A stretch of DNA of 64,000 nt from Acidobacteriota bacterium (GCA_022340665.1 JAJDNM010000043.1:29489-93488); one strand, 5' to 3'. Positions 27,701 through 33,450 are shown, counted from the stretch's first letter. The notes: generated by a model not told the origin, from the letters alone. Program-made: numbers and translations.

Positions 27701-28047
27701 GGACCACTCAATTTTGAGTTTTGAATTTTGAATTTTGAATTTTGAATTTCCGCCCCACCACCTCTATCACCGGGGGAATGGGTGGGAATTCCTAATTCCT
27801 CATTCCTCATTCCTAATTCCCCAAATTCCGAATTCTCGTCGAGGACGACCTCCGCGCCAACCAGCGGTTTGATGCCTGCTTCCTTTGCCGCCTTCCAGAA
27901 ACGCGGCGCGCCGGAGACCGTGTTGCGGTCGACCAGCGCCACTGCGGGCAGCCCGAGCTCGGCCGCACGTTCGACGAGGTCCTCGGGCTGTGATGCTCCC
28001 TCCAGGAACGAGAACGCCGAAGCGCAGCGCAGCTCCACATAGCTCAT
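24769..28047 (-). CDS. dnaE2: error-prone DNA polymerase DnaE2/ImuC
   Basis: Canonical N-terminus MSYVELRCASAFSFLEGAS (PHP domain) preceded by a GGAGA Shine-Dalgarno sequence. Pol III alpha core motifs run throughout, and an OB-fold C-terminus follows. Contains an in-frame repeat-derived insertion (residues ~71-130). The 1214-aa ORF in the track is an artefactual 5' extension through a stop-free repeat. Confidence 0.9.
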   Translation of the reverse strand: MSYVELRCASAFSFLEGASQPEDLVERAAELGLPAVALVDRNTVSGAPRFWKAAKEAGIKPLVGAEVVLDENSEFGELGMRNEELGIPTHSPGDRGGGAEIQNSKFKIQNSKLSGPLGLVPDPPPPGTPLPRLTLLACDQRGYRNLCRLLTEAARGRPKGKARAGWRQIEAHADGLLCLTGGAEGVIVQRLVHRGLDATKRELQHLHHIFPNRLHVELQRHRLRSEEHRNQALVGLAQSLRLPLVATGGVRYARPENRDLADVLGCIREGLTLDTAGRLLEGGREHHLRSPREMEMLFADQRRAVAATTALADELEFTLDHLGYRFPDYPLPVGESPIAHLRRVTWDGARTRFRPLTARAQAQLEKELDLIEKLELAGYFLIVWDIVRFCQREGIMAQGRGSAANSAVCYALSITAVDPVKMELLFERFLSEERGEWPDIDLDLPSGDQREKVIQYVYQRYGPHGAAMTANVITYRARSAAREVGKALGFSLEQVDRISKRFGRHMSMEVKEGARDLDRELAAVGLDPSSHRVEHFKRLWWEIHHLPRHLGQHSGGMVIAQGRLDEVVPMEPAAMEKRTVIQWDKDDCADLGLIKVDLLGLGMMAALEEAIPMIRTHERVEIDLAHLPPGDPKTYDLIRRADTAGVFQIESRAQMASLPRNNPENFYDLVVQVAIIRPGPITGNMTNPYLERRQGREAVTYAHPCLEPILERTLGVPLFQEQLLRMAMEAAGFSGGEAEELRRAMGFKRSQERMAIIEKRLRSGMTERGITGDVQEQIVRSITSFALYGFPESHSASFALLVYASAYLKTHHPTAFYACLLNAWPMGFYHPATLVKDGQRRGVRFLSVDVNRSGWRCRWEDEAVRIGLRYVHGLKRAAADTIEQERDRAPFADTADLAQRCDLSSEQLERLAHVGALASLGLSRRVALWQVSEVAGRRGPLFADLPPEPTSPLEEMMPLDETVADYAGLHLTTGPHLMAYVRQELDRRGVVPVAELEKHGDGESVRVAGAVIVRQRPGTAKGFVFLTMEDETGMMQTIIRPDLFREQRAFIVSTPVLLVEGTLQKQDGTISVRARRFEAVHADVAVTSHDFH
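27709..27835. repeat. modular repeat (GAATTTT array, CCCACC/GGTGGG core, AATTCCT/CATTCCT array) lying inside the dnaE2 coding sequence
   Basis: caattttgagttttgaattttgaattttgaatttcc gccccaccacctctatcaccgggggaatgggtggg aattcctaattcctcattcctcattcctaattcc. Confidence 0.85.
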
Positions 28048-28345
28048 TCGACGGTCTCCGAATTTCGACGAATGAGCGACCACAGAGACACAGAGACACA
28101 GAGGGGAACACAGAGAAGAAAACGCAGAGGCGCGGAGGCGCAGAGGTGCAGAGCCGCCGACCCACCCGAGAACCGCAAAAAACGCAAAGAGATCGATGCT
28201 GAGCTTGATGCGTGGATCCGCCTCTCTTCTCTTTCGTTGCGGGTGGGTGGGCTTTTTGATTTCTTGGTGTCTTGGTGCCTCTGTGGTTTGTCCCCGGGTG
28301 GGTGAGGAGCAAATCCGAAATCCGAAATCTGAAATCCGAAATTCA
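28048..28345. repeat. 298-bp imperfect long palindrome filling the imuB-dnaE2 spacer
   Basis: ccacagagacacagagacacagagg (28079-) faces ggtgtcttggtgcctctgtgg (28266-). cccacccgagaaccgcaaaaaacgcaaagag (28161-) faces ctctttcgttgcgggtgggtggg (28229-). ccgaatttcg (28058-) faces (aaatccg)x4 (28311-28344). Confidence 0.8.
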
Positions 28346-29980
28346 TCAGTCGTACATGCCGTCGGCGAACCACTCGCCGCTCGTGCGATCCAGATAGATG
28401 CGATACAACCCACCGCCGGAGAGCTCTACATCCCAGTAGTCACGCTCGACGGGCTGATCGCTCCACCACCCATCCTCGAGGGTCCACGGACCCGCCGCCA
28501 CGCGCACCAGGCCCTGAATCCTTGGCGTCGCTCCCGGCTCCGAGGCGAGCGAAACGAGCCGCAAAGCGGAATTTTGAATTTTGAATTTTGAATTTTGAAT
28601 TCCCACCCGCTCCCCCTCCTCTGCAACGTGAGAGTTCCTGGGGTGGGGTGGGGGGTATCGAGCATCCAGCATCGAGCATCCAGCATCTGAAGCGTTCTCG
28701 CTTATCACTTCAAGAGGCACTGGTGGCCGCAAGACCCTGACAACCAAAAGCCCCCTTCCTCGCCGTGGTGGCTGCCGCAGCTTCGGTGCCGGGGGCGGGT
28801 CGAAGGGCGCGGTCCGGTAACGTTCGGGCAGGTGGCCGTCGAGGGAGCGCGGCGAGCCAACGTGCTCGGGGCCGATGCGGGCGGCGAGATGGGCGAGAGT
28901 TCCGGCGAGCTTGTCGGGGTGGATCTCCGGTCCGCCGAAGAGCGTGAGCTGGCCGCGTCGCGGGCGGTCCGGGTGGGTGATCGAAGTGAAGGAAATCACC
29001 GGCGCCCGTGGTGGTTTCGACTCGAGCTCGAGGCGGGTCAGGGCCAGCAGCGCATCGACGTCCCGGGTCGGAGCGGGAAGGCGAATGCGGCGATGCTCGG
29101 CGCCCTCCGGCTCGAGGCCGAGCTCGAGCTCGAACAGGGCACAGGCTAGATCCTCGCGCTCGAGGCGCTTGCGGGTTCGCTCGAGGGACTGGCGGAGGGC
29201 GTAGAGCAGGGGATCGACGGTGACTACCGGCCACTCCAGCTCCATACCCTCGCGGAAGGTCGGCGGCGGGTGGTGGGGTGCCAATGGGCTCGCATCGATA
29301 CCGCGCGCTGCCCGGTGGGCGTTGGCGCCAGCCGGGCCGAGCCGGCTCGCCGTGCGGTCCGCCGGCAGGCGGGCGAAGTCGCCGAGGGTGCGCACGCCCC
29401 AGCGACGCAGCGTATCCATGAGGCGCCGGTCGAGGTTCAGATGGTTCAGTGGCAGGGGAGCGAGGAAGCGTGTTTCCTCACCGGTGGCAACGACCTTGGG
29501 CGAATCGGGCATGCGGGCGGCAATGCGGGCGGCGAGCTTGTTGCCGGCAATACCGACCCGTACCGGCAGGTCGAGGGCTTCGGCGGCGACGATCGTGGCC
29601 TGCCCCATGTCGCGTTCACCGGACTCCCCTTCGAAGAGACGTTCCATGCCACTGACATCGGCATAGACGATGTCCGGAGCGGCGTCCTCGACCCGGGGCG
29701 AGAGGCCGGTCGCGGTCTCGACCATGGCCTCGTGAGCCGAGGCCTCGCACGACACGTCGCGTCCGCGGGCGATCAGCGACGGCAGGATGCCACGTGCCTG
29801 GGCGAGGCTCATGCCGAAACGCACGCCGGACTTGCGGGCGGGCCGCGACGCGCCGATGACGCGCGCCGCCGATCCGTTGCCCTCGCACACCGCCACCGCC
29901 TCCCCGGCCAGCTCCGGCTCGGCCCGGAGTCTCGCTGCCAGCGGGAAGAGCGGGATGAAGAGGCAGGCGATTCGGGTCAT
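28346..29980 (-). CDS. imuB: ImuB, Y-family-polymerase-like mutasome subunit
   Basis: N-terminus MTRIACLFIPLFPLAARLRAEPELAGEAVAV... and C-terminus ...GPWTLEDGWWSDQPVERDYWDVEL..GGLYRIY.D..SGEWFADGMYD are both typical of ImuB. It sits between imuA and dnaE2. Contains a 45-aa repeat-derived in-frame segment. Confidence 0.8.
   Translation of the reverse strand: MTRIACLFIPLFPLAARLRAEPELAGEAVAVCEGNGSAARVIGASRPARKSGVRFGMSLAQARGILPSLIARGRDVSCEASAHEAMVETATGLSPRVEDAAPDIVYADVSGMERLFEGESGERDMGQATIVAAEALDLPVRVGIAGNKLAARIAARMPDSPKVVATGEETRFLAPLPLNHLNLDRRLMDTLRRWGVRTLGDFARLPADRTASRLGPAGANAHRAARGIDASPLAPHHPPPTFREGMELEWPVVTVDPLLYALRQSLERTRKRLEREDLACALFELELGLEPEGAEHRRIRLPAPTRDVDALLALTRLELESKPPRAPVISFTSITHPDRPRRGQLTLFGGPEIHPDKLAGTLAHLAARIGPEHVGSPRSLDGHLPERYRTAPFDPPPAPKLRQPPRRGRGLLVVRVLRPPVPLEVISENASDAGCSMLDARYPPPHPRNSHVAEEGERVGIQNSKFKIQNSALRLVSLASEPGATPRIQGLVRVAAGPWTLEDGWWSDQPVERDYWDVELSGGGLYRIYLDRTSGEWFADGMYD
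28565..28699. repeat. modular repeat (GAATTTT x4, CCCACCC/GGGGTGGGG hairpin, ATCGAGCATCCAGC x2) lying inside the imuB coding sequence
   Basis: ggaattttgaattttgaattttgaattttgaattcc (28568-28603), cccacccgctcccc...ggggtggggtgggggg (to 28655), tatcgagcatccagcatcgagcatccagcatc (28656-28687). Confidence 0.85.
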
Positions 29981-30067
29981 GAGAGATTCGAATTTTGAGT
30001 TTTGAGTTTTGAGTTTTGAGTTTTTCCCCACCTGTCCGAGAACCACAGATGCACAGAGAACACAGAG
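29981..30067. repeat. GAGTTTT heptamer array plus CCCCACC and CACAGAG blocks immediately upstream of imuB
   Basis: gaattttgagttttgagttttgagttttgagttttt ccccacctgtccgagaaccacagatgcacagagaacacagag. Confidence 0.8.
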
Positions 30068-30284
30068 TTCGCCTGCCGAAAACGAAACCGTAGATCAACG
30101 CAGATCCCCCTGCCCGTCCGGATCTCCAAGAGCCCCCTGGAGGCGGGTCCTTTAGGGCCCGCACGGCGGTCTTTGAACCGCGAAGAACGCAAAGCCCATC
30201 CGGCCACCCACCCCGCAAAGGCGCAAAGACGCAAAGGGGCAATCGTTGAGCCTGAGTGGCGGTTCCGCTCATTCAAGGCAGAAC

Positions 30285-30391
30285 GACAGGCGATCGGATC
30301 GCCTGTCACCGGCAAGAATCCTGCTCGTTCCGAATGCGAGCATTCGTTACTCGCAGTCTTCTCACCGGCCGACGTGCCCAGGGCACGTCGG
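30285..30391. repeat. three consecutive perfect palindromes/hairpins in the imuA-imuB spacer
   Basis: gacaggcgatc-g-gatcgcctgtc (30285-30307), cgaatgc-ga-gcattcg (30331-30346), ccgacgtgcc-cag-ggcacgtcgg (30369-30391). Confidence 0.8.
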
Positions 30392-30516
30392 TTCTGCCTC
30401 TGTGGTTCTACGAACATCGAAATCACACGCAGAAGGCAAGCACCAGGAAGCAGAACCCGAAGAGCAACCACCCGCATGCTTCACCGGCGAGTTCGAAAAC
30501 ACTGCGAACGCTCATC

Positions 30517-31365
30517 TCAAACGGTTGCGACATTTTTCCTCCCTTCGGTCGGAATTTCGGATTTCGGATTTCGGATTTCGGATTTTTGTTCAGCACTCAA
30601 GTTGTTCAGTACTATTGGCCCGAAGCTTGCTTCGGGAAGCGTGAGGAAGTTGGCGGCCTCGCCGAGGTCCGTGTGGCCGATCCGCTTGCTGAGGTGCAGT
30701 CGCGCGCGAAGTCCGGAGAGGAGGCGGGAAGCGCCGCCACGACGCCAGTCGCCACGTCCGCGGCAGGCCGTCACCACCACACCGGCGGCGCAGCCGCTCA
30801 GCCGGTAGGGCGAGCCCACCAGCACCACCGCCTGGTGGTTGGCGGCGTTGCGCGCGAGCCGCAGCCAGGCGGCCAAAGGCGCGCGGCCTCTAACTGGAGG
30901 CAAACCGAGATCGAGAGCCACCAGCGGGAAGCCCGTATGGACCAGCAGTTCGGCGGCGGCCACGGAGTCGCCGAGATTCCGCGGCCGCAACCACAGCAGG
31001 TGTTCGAGGTCGACTCCGATCTCTGCCGCTGCCTGCGGATCGAGCTGTGCACCCTGATCGACGAGGGCGGCCACTTCGCCGGCACCGGTCACTGCCCGCA
31101 GGGTCGCCAGGAGAGCGGCGAAGCGACCGCAGGAGCCCCTGCCCACGAGTTCCACCATCTCGCCCCGAGGCAGACCGCCGTCGAGCAGGTGATCGAGACC
31201 GGCCAGCGAGGTGGGGAGGGGCTCTTCACGAAGGGTCGCGCGCCGCTCGCGGATGAGGTCGGAGGCTCGATGGAGGGTATGGCGGAGCTCGTCTGGAAGC
31301 TCGAAGCTCTTGGTCTGCAAGGCTTTGCGTGGTGCCAGTTCAGGTTTTTGCCGGGCCACCGCCAT
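30517..31365 (-). CDS. imuA: ImuA (RecA/SulA-fold mutasome protein)
   Basis: LPTSLAGLDHLLDGGLPRGEMVELVG...AALVD...LLWLRP...LVALDL matches the ImuA/SulA-like pattern. Start is the ATG at 31365, preceded by AGGAGGG. The last ~30 codons (..SAEQKSEIRNPKSEIPTEGRKNVATV) are read from a heptamer repeat array. Confidence 0.7.
   Translation of the reverse strand: MAVARQKPELAPRKALQTKSFELPDELRHTLHRASDLIRERRATLREEPLPTSLAGLDHLLDGGLPRGEMVELVGRGSCGRFAALLATLRAVTGAGEVAALVDQGAQLDPQAAAEIGVDLEHLLWLRPRNLGDSVAAAELLVHTGFPLVALDLGLPPVRGRAPLAAWLRLARNAANHQAVVLVGSPYRLSGCAAGVVVTACRGRGDWRRGGASRLLSGLRARLHLSKRIGHTDLGEAANFLTLPEASFGPIVLNNLSAEQKSEIRNPKSEIPTEGRKNVATV
30548..30586. repeat. CGGATTT heptamer array, overlapping the 3' end of imuA
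   Basis: tcggaatttcggatttcggatttcggatttcggattttt. On the minus strand it is translated as KSEIRNPKSEI in the imuA tail. Confidence 0.85.
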
Positions 31366-31385
31366 CTTTCCCTCCTGGGCTTTTG

Positions 31386-31414
31386 AGTATAGGTATAAAT
31401 AAAGCATAAATCAA
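31386..31414 (-). promoter_or_regulatory. candidate sigma70-type promoter of imuA-imuB-dnaE2
   Basis: The minus strand reads TTGATT, a 17-nt spacer, then TATACT, then CAAAAGCCCAGGAGGGAAAGATG. It sits in a conspicuous AT-rich island. Confidence 0.5.
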
Positions 31415-31430
31415 GTCCATCCGCCCATCC

Positions 31431-31513
31431 GTTTCGGATTTCGGATTTTCCACCCACACCTCCCGCAGAACCGGGGGGGGTGGTGGGAATTCAAAATTGA
31501 GAATTCAAAATTC
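31431..31513. repeat. modular repeat (CGGATTT array, CCACCC/GGTGGG core, AAAATTC array) between the imuA and blaI promoters
   Basis: gtttcggatttcggattttcc acccacacctcccgcagaaccggggggggtggtggg aattcaaaattgagaattcaaaattc. Confidence 0.8.
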
Positions 31514-31524
31514 TGCGTTGACCT

Positions 31525-31553
31525 TGACAGACGAAATTCTTAGTACTATGTTT
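31525..31553 (+). promoter_or_regulatory. candidate promoter of blaI, possibly producing a leaderless mRNA
   Basis: TTGACA (31525-30), a 17-nt spacer, then TATGTT (31548-53). The blaI ATG is at 31559, only 5 nt after the -10 element, and there is no Shine-Dalgarno sequence. A direct repeat TTAGTA (31540, 31554) overlaps the -10/start. Confidence 0.4.
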
Positions 31554-31558
31554 TTAGT

Positions 31559-31933
31559 ATGAAAAGCGACAAACCAAAGCTCACCGACGCCGAACTCGAA
31601 ATCATGCACGTGGTGTGGGAGCTCGACGGCGGCACCGTCCGCCAAGTCCACGAGCGCCTCAACCAGCAGCGTCAGCTCGCGTACACCACAGTAATGACCA
31701 TGATGAATATCCTCGAGGAGAAGGGACACCTGAGACGCCACAAGGAGGGCAGGGCCTACCGTTACCAGCCCGTGCGACCCAAGAGCCAGGTGATCTCCGG
31801 GATGGTCGATGATTTCGTGGGCCGGGTCTTCGAGGGATCCGCGAGGCCGCTCATTCTCAGCCTCGTGAAGGACAAGAAGATTTCACAGAAGGACCTCGAA
31901 GACATCGCACGGATGATCCGGGAGACCGAATGA
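31559..31933 (+). CDS. blaI: BlaI/MecI/CopY family transcriptional repressor
   Basis: LTDAELEIMHVVWELDGGTVRQVHERLNQQRQLAYTTVMTMMNILEEKGHL is a winged-helix penicillinase-repressor signature. There is no Shine-Dalgarno sequence and the promoter lies immediately upstream, so the mRNA is possibly leaderless. Confidence 0.9.
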   Translation: MKSDKPKLTDAELEIMHVVWELDGGTVRQVHERLNQQRQLAYTTVMTMMNILEEKGHLRRHKEGRAYRYQPVRPKSQVISGMVDDFVGRVFEGSARPLILSLVKDKKISQKDLEDIARMIRETE

Positions 31934-33261
31934 ACTTCCACGATGCCGTGCCCGCAGCTCTCTCCTACGCCTTTCAAAGTGGACTCCTGCTCGTCGCTGG
32001 CCTGATCCTGCCGCGATTGGTCCGGCTCCGCCACCCCAGGGCTCTGCTCGTCTACTGGCGGGTGTTGCTGGTCGTCGTCCTGCTCTTGCCGCTGGCGCCA
32101 CTCGATCACATCGGCGAAGCCTCTCTTCCGTACATGACGATCAAAGGATTGGAAGTCGAAGCAGCCCTCAACACCGCGCTCCCGGCGACCCTGCCCGGTC
32201 TCAACTTGAACGTGATTTTCCTCATCATCGCAGGCATCGCGATGCTTGGGCTCGCACGTCTCGGTCTCGGTATCGGGTATCTCAACCGGTGCCGGCACGC
32301 CGCACTGCCCCTGTCTCCGACACCGGTGCAGGTTTCGAAACTCCGGGACCGCCTCGGGCTCGAGGTGCCGTTCCTGGTGAGCGAACGCCTCTCCGCACCG
32401 CTGACATATGGCTGGCTTCGTCCAGCAGTGATCCTGCCGGAGTCATTTCGAAGCCTGTCGGCCGACCAGCAGGAGGGGGTGGCCGGCCATGAGCTCTTGC
32501 ACGTGCAGCGGAGAGATTGGCCGAAAACGTTGCTCGAAGAGCTGTTGCGCGCCATTCTGTGGTTCCACCCGGGTGTGTGGTTGATCCTCCCTCGAATCTC
32601 ACTGAGCCGTGAACAGGTGGTGGACGCGGACACGGTGCGATTGACCGGAAAGCGCCGTCAGTACCTGGAAGCTCTTTGGCGCGTGATCTGTACGAGCCGC
32701 CAATCGATTACTGCGGTTGCGGTGCCGTTTCTCGGCAGGCGCGACCTGGTCGACAGAGTGGTGTGGTTGCAAAAGGAGATATCCATGTCGAAAACCAGGA
32801 TCGCCCTGACAGTCATTGCATTCGCCCTCGTCGTTCCCGCCGTCGCGGTCTTCGGCGCGAGCGTCGTCAACACAGACACGCGGTCCGACCCCGCGTTGTC
32901 CGGTCCGTCTTCACACGCGGAACGCGAAAACCAGAAACCGGAGAAATCTGAGGACAAGCTGCGGACGACATCGGCGGATTCCATTTGTCGAGAGATCACC
33001 CGTCCGGTGGTCACCGAGAAGATCAATCCGAAATATCCCGAGTCGGCACGCAAGGAAAAGGTGATGGGCGTCGTGGTGGTCGAAACGGTCATCACCGAAG
33101 AGGGAATCGTCGACGACATCAGGGTCCTCGAATCATCTGATGAACGGCTGTCCTCTGCGGCGGTGGAAGCCATCGATCAGTGGCGATTCGAGCCGGCTCT
33201 GTGCGATGGCGCCCCGGTCGGTGTCTACTACAATCTCACCGTCAAATTCCACCTCGAATAG
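31930..33261 (+). CDS. BlaR1/M56 family sensor peptidase fused to a C-terminal TonB domain
   Basis: Multi-TM N-terminus with the HEXXH motif (GHELLHVQRRDW). The C-terminus NPKYPESARKEKVMGVVVVETVITEEGIVDDIRVLES...AVEAIDQWRFEP is a TonB_C fold. It has a 4-nt overlap with blaI. Confidence 0.85.
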   Translation: MNFHDAVPAALSYAFQSGLLLVAGLILPRLVRLRHPRALLVYWRVLLVVVLLLPLAPLDHIGEASLPYMTIKGLEVEAALNTALPATLPGLNLNVIFLIIAGIAMLGLARLGLGIGYLNRCRHAALPLSPTPVQVSKLRDRLGLEVPFLVSERLSAPLTYGWLRPAVILPESFRSLSADQQEGVAGHELLHVQRRDWPKTLLEELLRAILWFHPGVWLILPRISLSREQVVDADTVRLTGKRRQYLEALWRVICTSRQSITAVAVPFLGRRDLVDRVVWLQKEISMSKTRIALTVIAFALVVPAVAVFGASVVNTDTRSDPALSGPSSHAERENQKPEKSEDKLRTTSADSICREITRPVVTEKINPKYPESARKEKVMGVVVVETVITEEGIVDDIRVLESSDERLSSAAVEAIDQWRFEPALCDGAPVGVYYNLTVKFHLE

Positions 33262-33402
33262 TCACTGCAGACGTTGCCAAACATCTCGTTCGGGAGACGG
33301 TTGTGCCTCGTGTACGTGAAGATCGTCCGTTCACCGGCGTGATATAATTTCTAATGGGCCGTAAGTTACAGACCCGAAACATTTTGGGAGAATTCTCCAG
33401 GA

Positions 33403-33433
33403 CCCTCCGGCACCATGCGGAGGGCGTTTGTCT
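33403..33433 (+). terminator. hairpin plus T-rich tail between blaR1 and the DUF4388 gene
   Basis: CCCTCCG-gcaccatg-CGGAGGG followed by CGTTTGTCT. It lies downstream of a TGaTATAAT extended -10-like sequence (33340-33348), so it could be a terminator or a leader attenuator. Confidence 0.35.
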
Positions 33434-33450
33434 AAGTTATTGACTCCGGG

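Noticed and set aside
25309-27717. 802-aa ORF on the plus strand. Similar long antisense ORFs occur elsewhere, e.g. 3030-4685 (+), 10341-11663 (+), 16368-17864 (-), 21175-22674 (+), 30256-31386 (+), 38931-40022 (+), 43104-44294 (-), 51337-52347 (-), 59879-60892 (-).
   Set aside because: Each lies entirely opposite a gene with clear family motifs. Their translations are Arg/Gly/Pro/Asp-rich low-complexity sequences typical of shadow ORFs in GC-rich DNA, and none shows a recognisable motif.
27709-27751. Heptamer arrays considered as a possible CRISPR array or as contingency (phase-variation) loci.
   Set aside because: The units are 7 nt with no spacers and no cas genes, so this is not CRISPR. 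As phase-variation tracts, a change of one unit would shift the frame in dnaE2 or imuB, which is conceivable. However, the arrays are interrupted and imperfect (GAGTTTT/GAATTTT mixes) and are mostly intergenic. I therefore treat slipped-strand switching as unproven rather than claiming it.
28048-28413. 122-codon N-terminal extension of dnaE2 in the ORF track (1214 aa). Similar 5' extensions appear for imuB (to 30046), the permease (to 23073), the macA-like gene (to 24745), hemB (to 40190), sdhB (from 45506), crtI (from 47595), the ABC ATPase (from 50402) and DUF2141 (from 52557).
   Set aside because: The extensions overlap upstream genes or run through repeat DNA that merely lacks stops. Canonical family N-termini with a Shine-Dalgarno sequence or stop/start coupling are found at the internal starts I report.
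31366-31558. Search for a LexA/SOS box upstream of imuA.
   Set aside because: By eye I found no GTTC-N7-GTTC, CGAAC-N4-GTTCG or CTGT-N8-ACAG type site. I therefore report no LexA operator feature. A genome-derived motif scan is needed.
33340-33348. TGaTATAAT extended -10-like sequence upstream of the DUF4388 gene.
   Set aside because: There is no acceptable -35 element, and a terminator-like hairpin follows at 33403-33433. This could be a promoter with a leader attenuator or just AT-rich spacer, which is too ambiguous to list as a promoter.
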